A DNA stretch of 64,000 nt from assembly GCA_964016885.1 (NCBI GenBank), contig CAXHJY010001308.1, forward strand, positions 1-64,000, written 5' to 3'. The translations under genes were made by a program, and so were the position numbers. Within the stretch, counting starts at the first letter, position 1. Each line of letters begins with the position of its first letter. The notes beneath the pieces are model-generated. The model saw only the letters and a program-made list of their open reading frames with translations. It did not search any database and was not told the origin of the DNA. Positions 12,399 through 25,690 of this stretch are shown one piece after another. The DNA is from Eledone cirrhosa. Taxonomy: Eukaryota.

Positions 12399-13256
12399 AT
12401 GGACATGTCACAACCAACGACAGAGGCCGAGATTTCAGAGCTGCGGGCTATGATCAGAGAGCGAGCTGGTCAAATTAATGCCCTCTCAAATCAAGTAGAG
12501 AACCTGACCTTTCAAACACACCGGCGACGCAGCAACAGTCGATCCAGGCCTTTTCACAGTCGAAGATCCAGAAGTCCCAGTCAAAATCATGTGTCTGGCA
12601 ACCTCTGCTGGTATCACGCAAATTTCGGCCCACAGGCATCTAAGTGCAAAGCCCCGTGCTCTTTCCAGAATACCACCCAGGGCCTAGCGACGATGTTCAC
12701 CCCTGGTACTGAAAAGAAAAGTCGTCTATTTTTTATTAACGACCAAGCGACAGGCATCCGTTACCTCGTGGATACAGGAGCCCAGGTTAGTGTTATTCCT
12801 GTTTCACTAATCTCGGGCAAAAGACACCCAACACCGTCCTTTCTGCAGGCAGTGAACCGATCGTCAATTCCGACTTTTGGGGAAAAATCACTGACCCTCA
12901 ATTTAGGCCTGAGGTGGCGTTTTCAATGGGTGTTCGTCGTGGCAGACCTGCCGACCCCTATCCTAGGAGCCGATTTTCTCCAGCACTTCAACCTTCTGGT
13001 GGATATGAAGAACCGGAGGCTTATTGACACCACCACAAACCTCACTGTGAGAGGTATATTTACCACGCAATCCACAGTGAGCCATGTAATTTGCCAGTCA
13101 GAGTCTTCGCGGTACAACGGCATGCTCCAGAAATACCCAGACATCACTCGCCCGGTATTTAAGGATGGTCCTATTAAACATAGTGTCACACACCACATCG
13201 AGACAAGAGGACCACCCACAGCTGCCGACCAAGGAGACTGCCTCCAGACCGATTGA
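12399..13256 (+). pseudogene. Gypsy short gag (CHCC knuckle) fused to aspartic protease
   Basis: CWYHANFGPQASKCKAPC knuckle; LVDTGAQVSV and ILGADFL protease motifs. Confidence 0.9.
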
Positions 13257-14646
13257 GAATCGCCAAACAGGAGTTCCAACACATGCTGGACCTCGGAATC
13301 ATTCGCCCTTCCTCCAGCAACTGGTCTGCACCCCTACACCTTGTTCCTAAAAAAAACGAAAATGATTGGCGACCATGTGGGGATTATCGTGCACTTAACA
13401 ATTCTACAGTACCCGATAATTACCCTGTACCTCACCTGCACGACTTTTCTGCCTCTCTGCAAGATGCACGCATCTTTTCCAAGATAGATTTGGTGTGTGC
13501 ATATAACCAGATACCTATGGAGCCTGCAGATATTCCGAAGACCGCAATCACAATACCATTCGGTTTATTTGAATTCCTGCGAATGCCGTTCGGTCTGCGC
13601 AACACTGCACAAACTTTTCAGCGGTTTATTGACACCGTGTTACATGATCTACCCTTCGTATACGCATATATTGACGTGCTGGTAGCAAGTACTTCTGAGC
13701 AAGAACACGAGAAGCACTTAGATCTCCTTTTCCGACGTTTGGCTGAGTACGGTATTATCGTCAACCCCAGCAAGTGCCTTCTCGGCGTTTCTTCACTGTC
13801 CTTTCTCGAGCACATCATTGATAAAGACGGCATTCGTCCACTTCTCGAGAAAGTAGAAGCTATCCGCAGTTTTCCCGCACCTACATCACTTCGGAAACTG
13901 CGTGAATTCCTCAGTCTGGTGAATTTTATAGGCATTTCATCCCTCATTGTTCCGACGCACCCAGACTCCTCACGGACCTTCTTCGTAACCGGACTCGCAA
14001 AAACGAAGAGATCACTCTAAACAAGGAAGAATTAACATCTTTTAACTGCCTGAAGGAAATGTTGGCAAACGCTTCCATGCTCGTTTTCCCCAGGTCTGGC
14101 GCTCCTCATTCGCTGCTAGTGGACGCATCAGACACGGGGGTTGGATGCGTTTTACAACATGTCGACGGCGTTTGGCAACCCTTATCCTTCTTTTCTAAGC
14201 GGTTGCAGCCTGCAGAAACGAAATACAGTACGTTTGGCCGCGAATTCTTGGCAACCTACCTTTCGGTTAAGCATTTTCGGCATATGCTCGAAGGGTCGGA
14301 TTTCGTGATCTACACGGACCATAAACCACTAGTTTATGCGTTCCGTACCAAACCTGATCGACATTCACCGAGAGAACTCCGACACCTGGATTTTGTCTCC
14401 CAATATTCAACTGATATTCGGCATATCAAGGGATCAGACAACGTAGCAGCCGACGCCCTGTCCCGAATCCAGCTGAACGCAATACATGTGCATTCAGGCA
14501 TCAACCTTCAACAGATCGCAGCTGACCAAGAGACTGACGAAGAGTTTATCAAGCTCCGAGATTCGCCATCTCTCAAGTTTCAGCAAGTTCCCACTCCTTC
14601 TTCTCCGGGACAAATTTGGTGCGACCTTTCTACCGGTCATGAATGA
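13253..14646 (+). pseudogene. Gypsy reverse transcriptase and RNase H, frameshifted
   Basis: [22 protein letters not shown]. The catalytic YIDD reads YIDV (one Asp lost). RNase H motifs VDASDTGVG, YSTFGRE, TDHKPL, NVAADALSR. Confidence 0.92.
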
Positions 14647-14649
14647 CCG

Positions 14650-15778
14650 TACGTACCACAGATGCATCGTCAACAAGTTTTTCCTGCTTTACACTGATTG
14701 TCTCACCCGAGCTACACAGAAACTCATCTCTGCTCGTTTTGTGTGGACTAACATTAACAAGGACGTGCGCGACTGGTCCAGGAGTTGCATTGCCTGCCAG
14801 AAAGGCAAAGTCCACAGACACATCAAAACTCCACTCGGCACATTCGCGCAACCTAATGCACATTTTCATCATGTGCATATCGACATCGTCGGACCTCTAC
14901 CTCCATCACAGAACTGCACACACTTGCTCACCTGCATAAATCGATTTTCCCGTTGGCCTGAGGCTTTTCCCATAAGTGATACCTCAGCGGAAACAGTCGC
15001 TAAAACTTTGGTTTTACACTGGGTATCACGTTATGGCGCCCCAGCGAAGATAACAACGGACAGAGGACGCCAATTTGACTCCCACCTCTTCAGGGAACTG
15101 ACTCGCCTGTTAGGATGTAAACACATCCGCACGACAGCTTATCACCCGCAAGCTAATGGTCTCGTGGAAAGATTCCATCGCCAATTGAAAGCTGCAATAA
15201 AAGCATATCCAGACAAGACCCACTGGTTTGAATACCTACCACTCATCCTTCTGGGCATTCGATCCACCGTTAAGGAGGAATTCGGACACACACCTGCAGA
15301 ATTAGTGTACGGCACCACCCTGGTTCTACCTGGTCAGATGGTTGTTCCCATCTCTCCTCAGGATGTTCCAGACCCAGAATCATATGTACACCGTCTTCGA
15401 CAATATATGTCTCACCTTGCTCCTGCAAGCACCCGTCAACAGAACACGGCCACACACGTACCTTCAGACATTAAAGATTGGACACACGTTTTCGTTCAAA
15501 ACGACACCATCTCAGCTCATCTCCGACCTCCATATTCTGGCCCTTATCGTGTTCTAAAAAAATATCCGAAATATTTTATTCTCGATCAAGATGGTAAACA
15601 GAATTCTGTCAGCGTGGACAGATTAAAAAAAGCCATCATGGATACAGTTACAGTCTCTACACCAGAAACTCCAAAATATTGCTGTCCCAGAAAGCCACCT
15701 GTTTCATCTCCACTCACGAGAAGTGGACGACGTGTCCATTGGCCCGCCAAGTTGGCACAATATATGAATTACCGTTAA
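14650..15778 (+). pseudogene. Gypsy integrase
   Basis: CIACQ zinc finger, [33 protein letters not shown], and GPY motif PYSGPYRVL. Confidence 0.92.
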
Positions 15779-16697
15779 CCTCAAGTGTGTTTCTTAATCA
15801 TTCTTCTTGCAAAACATTTCCATTTTTCTGGTATTTACTATTTCCAGTTTCAAATACAATGAAATTTCTGCTTGAACAATTGCAATTTTTAGTGACCATG
15901 TGCTCATGTCACGAAGAACATTATTTATTATGAACATTATCTATTACAAACACTATTTAAGAACAAACATTGTGCATAACATTTTTTTTCTTCTCTCTCT
16001 TGTTTTGCAAAAATTTTTATTTTTCTTGTTCTGTAACATTGATTGTGTAATTGCCATAATTTTTATATACATACAAGGCGTGTACATATTCTGTTTTTCA
16101 TGCACACTACAAAACCACGTTTGTTTCACCTTTTGGTTCATACACTGAGCAATAGATATTTTTGTCCCTCTAACTCTTACACTACAAAATGTTTCTCTTT
16201 AATCACACATTTCACAAATCACATCCTCAAAACACTGGCCTTCTTTTTTCATGTACACATTGACTCAATAGCTCGAGAATGCCTCACTATTTTTTTACCA
16301 CATGCATTCGCTCAAGTCATATGCTGTGGAGCAAACTGTTACTTTTAGGCAGCATGCTTATGGCCATTCAGTTCACACATTACAGTTATCTTCACTGCCC
16401 AGTTAGACTTTTTGTCACGCAATTCACAGGCAGCTCAACCCAAACTGCAACAGGCTCATTTATCACGCCTGCATAAATCTGATCAAAGTCATTTTATAGT
16501 TTATTTCTTTTTTCTCTTCCTGACACACACATCTTGCCATATCATCTCTACATCGACTCTGTCCTATACTTGATGATCACAAAATTTCACAACGTGCTGA
16601 ACACTCCTTGGGCTATTGTCATGACATATGCACCACTGGCCCATTACTATATGATATTTCGCTCTTTTGTTGTACAAAAGATCTGGCAGGGGGCTAA

Positions 16698-17180
16698 TGT
16701 ACAGCCACCGGAAATAACATCTGTGAAATATACAGCTCCATCTATCTGTTAGTTAGCTAACTCACCGTGAAACAAACAACCCTTAGAATCCACTAGAATA
16801 AACGCCTACGCAGCGACTAAACCTCAAACGATTATTTCTGTATCAATAGAGTGATTCCAAACACTTTCGTCAGTTGACATTTGGCAGAGTCAACCCGCGT
16901 ATCGTTGTTCCTCGCCTCTGCCACGCTTGTCACTCACACACGCCTTGTACCTTGTATCATCGCTTCATGTGAAAACAAATAGCTGATCGAAACTACACCT
17001 CTCACCTTGCTCGTTCTTTCAACTTGTGCTTTCGTCTGTTCATCCTTACCGTATGTGACAACAGTTCTTTTAAGGGCTATCTTCAGATACGATCAGACCA
17101 AATGCGATAACAGTCCTTTTAAGGACTATTCTCGGATCTGATCGGAAGTAGTGACCAGACTGACTAACCACGTCGCTACA
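16698..17180 (+). repeat. 3' LTR (483 bp)
   Basis: Direct repeat of 11856-12339, preceded by the PPT and followed by GATA. Confidence 0.95.
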
Positions 17181-17389
17181 GATATTCTATCCTATTTAAT
17201 AATAATATATGCAATGAATCATTCTAATTACTCATATATTACAAATATAAAGCATATAATGAAATTGATGCAAGTGTGGGTAAGAATGAATAAATTGCAA
17301 TTTATTTTAGCTTCTTTACTCTGGTGGGCAATGAGTGGAGTATCTAAAAGTAGATTATTATTTGAAAAGGGCTCATGTTAATATCTATC

Positions 17390-19777
17390 AATAATAATGA
17401 TAATAATAATGAAAATATTGTGTACAGTGCTCAGGTGCACTACAACTCATCAAAAGTGTATGTATAGTACATAGGGTAATGTACAAACGTCAGGAAAATG
17501 AACAGTGCAAGAGTCATGATATACACATGTGTGCGTGTGTATGGAAGGGGTACATCAGGTGTAGTTTTGGCGTATTTCAGGAAGCATGAGGGTTTTAAAG
17601 GATGCAGTGTCTCGGCAGCTAACAACTGACGCAGGCAGTTTGTTCCATGCTTCAGCAACTCTAAGCGTGAAAAAATGTTTCCGAAAGTCATGGGAGCTGT
17701 GCTGTTTTCTGATTTTGTAGGCATGTCCACGTGTGTTAGACACATGGAGATCAAAAAGGTGCTCAGGGTTGTTGTTGGCAAGATGGTTAATAACTTTGTG
17801 GGTGTTTACCAAGTCCATTGCCAGACATCGGAGTTTCAATGAATCCATGCCCAAGGAAGCAAGGCATTCAGAGTATGGTAGGTGTCTGATGGCGGGTATG
17901 CGCTTGGTTGCACGTCCCTGAACAGTTTCCAGGAGGTCAATGTTCTGAGCAAGACTGATGATGCAAATTCCAAGTGTGGTCGTACCATAGCTGTATACAG
18001 CTTTAAATAGATGGTTGGAGAGCGGCTAACAAAGGTCTTGCAGAGTGATGCCAAGACACCCTCGGCCTTCTTGACAATCTTAGAGACATGCTTTGTCCAA
18101 TGCAAATCGCTGCTGACAGTAATGCCCAGGTCACGTTCACAAGAGGACTTCTTCATATCAGTGTTGTGGAGGGAGTATGTGGACGCTGGATTTTTCCTCC
18201 CAAAATGCATGGTGGTACACTTGTCCACAGCCAGCTTCAGTTGCCAGTCTGTGATCCATTGCTGCATTGTGTCCAGGTCTGATTGTAGGAAAGAGTTGTA
18301 GATTTCAGGATCAGTCCTTTTGATTTCAAGGTACAGTTTGATGTCATCTGCATATTTCAGTACTGTGGTATTCTTTAAGTTGGCATCTATGTCATTAATA
18401 TATGCCACAAACAAAAGGGGACCAAGAACAGATCCCTGTGGTACACCAGATGACATCACATATGGTGAAGAATGCTGTCCTAGAACCGTGACTACCTCTT
18501 TTTCGGCTGAGAATGAAGGATTTCAACCAGTTAAAAAGATCATCCCTCACACCCATTGCAGAGAGTTTCACCATAAGTCTTTTGTGTGGCACAGAATTAA
18601 AAGCCTTAGCGAAGTCAAGGTAAACAACATCCACCCATGAACCGTTGTCAGTGATCCGGGTAATGTCTTCAAGGAACTCGATAAGCTGATTACAGCAGCT
18701 GGAGTTAGGGATAAATCCAAATTGCAAGGACTGGATGAGGCTGTGAGAGCTCCAGAAATTCCAAAGTGTTTCTCTGACACAGGATTCCATTAGTTTGGCA
18801 ATACAGCTAGTAAGACTGACTGGAGCGTGAGGTCTCTGCTTTGAATGTACATATTTCCAGAACACCTTACTGTCAGGATTGGTTGATATGCACTGTTCAA
18901 ATTCAAGCACTGCCTTTTTTGTCACTTGCTTGAGATGGTTGGAAGATTTATTCTGCTTTTTTCTGTTGGTATCTGATTTATGCAGTTTATATTCCCGTTC
19001 AGCGTTCCAACATTCTTTCCTGGCAAGTCGGACAACTGAAGTTTCTCAAATTGTACTTTTGGGGTAGTTTTCTTTCTGCTTACGTGGCACTGATGCTGCA
19101 CACGCTATCCATTTTGAGTCCAGGATGCTCTGGAGTATAGTGTTCACATCTCCAGAGTTATAGAACTCATACTAGTTTGGGCGCTGTAGCTCAGTGCAGT
19201 ACAAGTTCCAATCTGCTTTCTTCCAATCAAAGCAAACAGATTGGAGATGGTTCTGGTTTTTGTTGCTGCCCGCAACAGCCAGATTGGCAATAATCATAGC
19301 ATGATCAGAGTCGCCTAGAGGTTCCTCAGTAGTACAACTGATAACCACTTCAGGAGTAGTGGTGAAGATCAGGTCCAAAGTGTTGTCACCTCTTGTTGGA
19401 GAGGTGACTACTTGTGACCAGTTTGAGTCCAGCACTAGCTCAAGGAAATCGTTTGCACTTTGTGGTCAACGAAAGGTTTCCCAATCGATTTCAGGATGAT
19501 TGAAGTCACCTGCAATAAACACATAAGTGGCTGTTTTCCTGGCAGCAGCTCTGAGGATATCGCAAAGCTGTGTGTCCTGATGGTAATTTGGGGGTCGATA
19601 AACAACACCAAACAGAAGTGTTGACATGGTCATACGTATGTCACAGAAATAAACTTCTTCTTGTGATTCGTTCAAATCAACGCAAGGAATTACTGAAAAG
19701 TTTGAACGAATGTAGACCATCACACCACCACCACGGCGATTAATGCGGTCCCTGTGGAACAGGTTGTACCCAGTAAA
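17390..19777 (-). mobile_element. CR1-clade LINE (APE endonuclease + RT), 5'-truncated, internally deleted
   Basis: APE motifs RGGGV, VYRPP, GDFN, PTRGDNTLDL, SDH. RT motifs YLDFAKAF, GVPQGSVLGPLLF, YADDIKL. (ATT)n tail. Deletion at about 18820 (HAPVSLTS in place of NYRPVSLTS). Confidence 0.93.
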
Positions 19778-20170
19778 AGTTGTCTTTGTTCTTTTAATCC
19801 TTGAAATATTTTCAAACAAGTTAGTTTGAGAGATCATAAGAACTTCTGTGTAGTGAAAACCATATTCTCACTGTTTCAATCTAAGAACTGAAAATCAGTT
19901 TAAAAAATAGGAAAATAAACTTGGTCAAAAGAGCCTTACATGATAATAGCCAAGATGAAAATACCAGTTTGTATCAAGAGCCATCAAAAGTCAACAGCTC
20001 CAAAAAATTGCCAAGTTTGCTATGGAAGAAGGAAGTCATGAGGAAGCTAATATAATGTAATGCAATTGATATGTACACAAAATGTGCAACTGCACTAGAT
20101 ACACTAACATCAAAGAGGTGTTATTAAACAGTAGTAAAACAATATTTGTATCTATAATTAAAGAGATTAC

Positions 20171-20248
20171 CTTATGGTCATCATATTTATTAACAGTAGG
20201 AACCATAGGGACACACATCATTCGTGTAGCAAATCGAAGGGTTGATAT
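20171..20248 (-). CDS. KIF9: KIF9 coding exon 8
   Basis: cacag|ATA TCA ACC...CAT AAG|gtaatc. Encodes ISTLRFATRMMCVPMVPTVNKYDDHK, the end of the motor domain. Confidence 0.92.
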
Positions 20249-20422
20249 CTGTGAAAGAGATGTAATAATCATCATCATTAACATTGAGTAAGAATGAATA
20301 AATTGTATTATCAATTTTACCCTCTTTACTCTGGTGGGCAATGAGAAAGTAAGATATGGCTATTTGAACCATATATAAAGGATCTAAAAGTAGATTATTA
20401 TTTGTTCAGTATGAGTAAGCCA

Positions 20423-20735
20423 TGAAGGCACATGGCTTAGTGGTTAAAGCATTGGGCTTGCAATTGAAAGGTTGTGATTTCGATTCTCGGACCAGGTGAT
20501 GCATTGTGTCCTTGAGCAAGAGACTTTATTTCACGTTGCTCCAGTTTACTCAGCTGTAGAAATGAGTATCAACCATAGCCTTTCCCTTGGACATCATCGA
20601 TGGTGTGGAGAGGGGAGGCTGGTATGCATGGGTGACTGCTGGTCTTCCACAAACAACCTTGCCCGGACTTGTGCCTCGGAGGGAAACTTTCTAGTAGCAA
20701 ATCAAATGGTCCTTCGTAACTGAAGGGGGTGTTCA
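20423..20735 (+). mobile_element. tRNA-derived SINE (family B)
   Basis: A-box TGGCTTAGTGG, B-box-like GATTTCGATTC, then GTGTCCTTGAGCAAGAC core. Confidence 0.8.
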
Positions 20736-21614
20736 ATGAGTAAACCTTTCATTAATATCCTATCTACAAAACATTAGTGTTGATCTCTCTTTCCTTACCA
20801 TATTTCTAATGAAAGACACTGTGCTTATGATTTTCAAATAATTTAGAAAGTAACCAAGAACTTCAAGTGATTTAGTAATGTAACTAACTTTATTAAACTA
20901 CTGTTTGGAGCATAACTTAACAAATTTTCTTTACATAAAATTATCATGGAAGGTTTTTAGTTAAATATAAACACTTTAAAACAGTTTTGTATCATGAAAC
21001 TAGGGCCAGTTTTTGATGGTTTAGTACCAGAAGAGTTAAATAGAGCAGTACTAGATCAATCAACAAACAGCAAACTTAATTCTTAACATCCTACAATGAT
21101 TCAGTTGAAATTATCTAAAAAGTGGTTTGTTAATTCAAATGTTTATAGTAGCTATAAAGATACTATGTAGTATCTTAACTAGCTCATCATCATCCTTCTT
21201 CCTTTTATGTCCACTTTTTTCATGCTTGCATGGGTGGGCATGATAATGGTGATGATGTATGTTGTGCTAGTGATGGTTTTTTTGGCAAAGTGTTTTGGTT
21301 GGATGCCCTTCCTATCTCCAACCATTTTACAGCATGGACTAAGTGCATTATATCATGCTACCAAAACCAGAGAAGTTGTTCAACAGAATTTAAGTGCCCT
21401 CTGTATCTTGTGTCAGTTTTTATTCACAATGCCTTTACTAACAACTTACAGAGTTCACATCATTTGCAGTAAACCAAAGAAGAGATTTTAATGTGATGCA
21501 GTCAAAATGCTACTTTGTACTTTTCAAGAATGCCTTGCTAATATGCGGTTTGATGCAGCGCATGATGCTAAGAACTATGAGATTTATTTATTTATATATA
21601 TATTTATTACTTAC

Positions 21615-21827
21615 TGTTTCTTCAATTTGCTGTAGTTCTCCCCAAACATTTGCAATAAGCACAGTATTACTGTGTCCTCCAATGGAATCCTTCAGAAAGT
21701 GCGTCAACTTTGACTGACGAAATGGTATGTGTTCTCTCTTTTTGTCCGCCATTGCTACAACGACTTGTTCCAAAAATGACAAAGATTTATTAATGTACAA
21801 CGCTTCCGCTTGAGTCTTTGCAGCTGA
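21615..21827 (-). CDS. KIF9: KIF9 coding exon 7
   Basis: YINKSLSFLEQ, HIPFRQSKLTHFLKDSIGG, NVWGE. ag/gtaagt boundaries, 71 codons. Confidence 0.95.
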
Positions 21828-22454
21828 CTGGTTCCAGAATGGAGATTGAAAGGTAGGAAAAATGAAAAGAGAGAAACTAGAAGAATTATTCAGTTAAGTG
21901 ATAAACCTGGGCTCAGTCAAGCAGAATATCAATAACGAGTCTGTAAATACACAATGAAAGAGTTTGAGACTTCAAAATGTATGTTATTAGAATTACAATA
22001 AAATAATTCTTTCTAATATTAGTACAAGGTCAGCAATTTGAGGGAAGGGAAAAGTTGATTATATCAATGCCAATACATAACTGGTGTTTATTTTATTGAT
22101 CCCAGTTGAATGAAAGCAAACTTGACCTCTGCAGAATTTGAACTGAGACTGTAGAAAGTCATAACTAAATACCACAAAGTGTTCTGTCTGATGTTCTACT
22201 GATAATGCCAATCCACTGTCCTTGATATTTAAATGGTTAAAGCACTAGAGTGATATTCTAGAGATGTTTGGCTGCTATTTCTAGTGTCTGCACAGAAGCT
22301 TCCTTCAATGGTATGTAATTAATTGTGTTGCAAATAATTCTTTCTAACATTGGCATAAGGCCTGCAATTTTGGAGAAAGGGAAAGTCGATTATATCAACC
22401 CAGTATTTAACTGGTACTTTATTTTATTGACACCTTAATTGTGCTTCAAATAAT

Positions 22455-22665
22455 TTTCTACTTTAAGTACAAGGCCAACAATTAGAAGGGGAGGCGAAAG
22501 TCGATTAAATGAACCCCAGTGCATTACTTGTGCTTTATTTTATTGACCTCGTAAGGATGAAAGGCAAAGCTAACCTCGGTGAGATTTGAACTCAGAATGT
22601 AAAGGGCCGTAGCTATATGCTGCAAAGCATGGTGTCTGCTGCTCTATTGATACTGCCAATCCACA
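22455..22665 (-). mobile_element. tRNA-derived SINE (family A); older copies adjacent at about 22010-22220 and 22340-22430
   Basis: Reverse complement of the family A core. Confidence 0.8.
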
Positions 22666-22865
22666 AATAATGCTACAAATAATGATTGTTAAAGCATATA
22701 AACAAGGTGCTTGATAAGTGTTAATATTTTAAAGTGTTATTTTGTCTTAACCTAATTAATATTGACTTCCTTCCCAAACTGTGTCAGTCAGAAACATCTT
22801 TCCTGTTTCAAAAGCTGTTATTGTAAACCTACTCCCATCTAGATAATTGTAAATTTGAACTCCCT

Positions 22866-23285
22866 TCATCATTATCATTATCATCATCATCATTTTAAGT
22901 CTGCCTTTCCCTGCTTGCAAGGGTGGGGCGGGTCCTATTCAGCACAGCATCTCTCCATTGTCATCTCCACCATGAACTTTAGCGATCTGAGGTCAGCTCT
23001 CACCACCTCCACCCATGATTTTCGTGGTCTTCCTCTATTGTGTCTTCCGTCCACTGGGATTTCTTGGCACTTCTTTACCCAGCGGTCATCCTCCATGCGC
23101 ATCACATGTCCATACCAACGCAGTCTTCTCTCCCGCACACTACAGCTTATCCCTCTTATACAGTTTCTCTCTCAACTCGTCTATGCTTGGTTGTTCACAC
23201 ACATTGACATTGCACATCCATCGGAGCATGCTTGCTTCATTTCTCTCGTCGCATATCCTCCACAGTTGCGCTGCCCTGGTATTTG
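22866..23285 (-). mobile_element. RTE-clade LINE 3' end
   Basis: SMLRWMC and RRLRWYGHVMRM...RGRPRKSW; (ATG)n tail. Confidence 0.88.
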
Positions 23286-23771
23286 AAACATAAAAATTAA
23301 AAGAAACATTTTCCAGGCAACTCAAGCTTTTACTAAACCCTACAGGTAATGGATAAATGCATGCAGTACACTCTGTAAAGTGGTTGGAGATAGGAAGGGC
23401 ATCCAGCTGTAAAAAACCTGTCAAACAAAAGGTCAGAAAGACTCTACAGCTCTATCAAAGACTTCCATAGTGGTGGTGCCACAATAAGAAGCACTTGGTA
23501 TAGCACAGGATCATATGTTGGCTCCCTGGCCCAGTGCAGCAATCGATAACAAAGTATAGAAACATATGCAAGTGGGATGCATGCCCACTTGAAGTTCAGT
23601 GGCTTAGCTTAAATTCTAACTTGGTCAGTAACATCATATCAAATTTTTGCTAACAGAGATAATGGATGTTAAACTATGAGGAAGATGATGATGACAATGA
23701 TGATGATGATGATGGTGATGATGAAATGGCAAAAAGCAAACTAGAAAACAAATTCAATAAAATGAACCCAC

Positions 23772-23864
23772 CTGAGTTTTCTTGAGTCTCTCCGAGCCAG
23801 CCAGATCAACGAAATTGAGCTTTGAAATAGTATATTTTGCATCCGAATCCACAGAAGAATGGGA
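23772..23864 (-). CDS. KIF9: KIF9 coding exon 6 (switch II)
   Basis: aag|TCC CAT...ACT CAG|gtgggt. Encodes SKLNFVDLAGSERL. Confidence 0.95.
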
Positions 23865-24092
23865 CTTTAACAATACGGAAAAAAATTGAAGTTAAGGATC
23901 TGTAAGATTTGTTTGATCAGCAAAGTATGCATATGTGTGTGTAGATGTGAGTGTGTTTGTGTATAGACTTGTAAGTGGATATGTGTGTATGTGTATGTGT
24001 GTGTAAATGTGTTGGTATGCTGATACAAACAAAACTGAGAAGAAAGAAAAAAGTTAAAAAACAAAGCAGTCACAGACAAAAGAAACCCTACT

Positions 24093-24117
24093 TAGTAGTA
24101 GTAGTAGTAGTAGTAGT

Positions 24118-24149
<32 letters not shown>

Positions 24150-24155
24150 TAGTAA

Positions 24156-24215
<60 letters not shown>

Positions 24216-24246
24216 GAGCAGCAGCAGTAGTAGTAGTAATAGTAGT

Positions 24247-24343
<97 letters not shown>

Positions 24344-24368
24344 CTAGCAGGAGCAGCAGCAGCAGCAT
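24093..24368. repeat. (GTA/GCA)n compound microsatellite
   Basis: Directly visible. Confidence 0.98.
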
Positions 24369-24559
24369 AAATTGTTTATGAATGAAATTTAATTTCAAAA
24401 TTCTATTTTCAATAATGTTTCTTAATCTTTTCATTATCATATTTCTCATGAAAGACACTGCTTATTATATTGAAATAATTTTGAAAATAATCAAGAATTT
24501 GGGGAAGTTTAATTAAATAGCTGGACCAGTCTTTGGAATACAGTCCTAACTACACTGAC

Positions 24560-25690
24560 AAAGTCTGTTTTCCATGAGAGCTCTTTGATGGTTATGAGGC
24601 CTTTCATTTGGAGTGATCGCAAGGATCTAGTTGTGTGCTGATCACGCTTGAGGAGGGTAAGATGCAATGGTGATTACTCAAAATGCATAATGCAAATATT
24701 TTTGTTGTTGTTGAAAGAGATGAAACTGACATGATCCATTTGTAGGGCACTTTACAGGTGTCAATATTACATACTGGGGAAAGTTAGAGATAAATGGAGA
24801 GTGGTATTATTTGTATAAAGGTTGTTGGACATGATGTCAAGAACATCATTAATGTAATGAAGAGTTTGGGAGACAAAACAAAATGGTGCAGCATACCAGT
24901 GTTGATGAAGTGAGTGATAGAGACAGCATTGTCAGTACCTATCATGATAGTACAATGTGATAGGAAGCTACTGATCAAAGAGGTGATGGATGGATGAAGC
25001 TCAAAGGTTGGCTGTTTTTAGAGATTCGCATGCCAGACATGGTCAAAACTTTTGTTGATTTCAAGGGTAACAACATTATTTACACTAAATCTCTTGAAGA
25101 CAAGAGCCCAGGAACGACAAAGAAGAGAAAGCCTCTTGCGAATCTGGCTTTATGGATGTATGGAAGCTGTATTGGTGGCCTTTAAGAAAAGAGAGAAAGG
25201 AAGAGAGAGGAGGGAGGGAATCAAATGTTGAAGAACTTTGTCGTTAAACATCAAGATATTGAAAGTGAGTGCAATAGGATGATAGTTGGTAAGTTTCCCT
25301 TCTTGGGAATGAGTTACATTGTAGCATGTTTCGAAAGATCAGGATATATCTTTGTTGAGAGGCTAGCTCTGTGGCAGACTGCTTGAAGGTGATGAAGAGG
25401 ACATTGTCAAAGTCATTGGCAAGGATGTATGGAGGGTGGAGTGTCATGTGGAATAGTAGTGGGAGGGGGGGATGGGCTTGGAAGAGATTTATCAAATGTC
25501 TACAATGAGTTGGATGCTAAGCAATAACGATGGCAGCTTTCTCCATGGTAGTAATCCTCACAGAATCATTACGATCGAGGAATGGAGGAAAGGAAGATTC
25601 TGCAAAGGTGTAGGAGATCCCTTTGACAAGGAACCAGCTATCCAAAGATCATTTGTCAAATAAACTAAAATGAAACTCCTAACCTAGAAT
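24560..25690 (-). mobile_element. Heavily decayed Penelope-like RT
   Basis: Scattered minus-strand peptides resemble LPKIHK, D..SLYTNIP and FNN..Y motifs; many stops. Confidence 0.35.

Larger units (their letters stand above)
11856..17180 (+). mobile_element. Ty3/Gypsy LTR retrotransposon, CsRn1/Kabuki-type, LTR-to-LTR, decayed
   Basis: Paired TG...CA LTRs, GATA 4-bp target-site duplication on both sides, tRNA-Trp PBS, PPT CTGGCAGGGGGCTAA. Domain order is CHCC gag, DTG protease, RT, RNase H, integrase. Antisense to KIF9, in intron 8. Confidence 0.97.

Noticed and set aside
23975-24458. Poly-V/A and poly-L ORFs
   Set aside because: Translations of a trinucleotide microsatellite inside a KIF9 intron.
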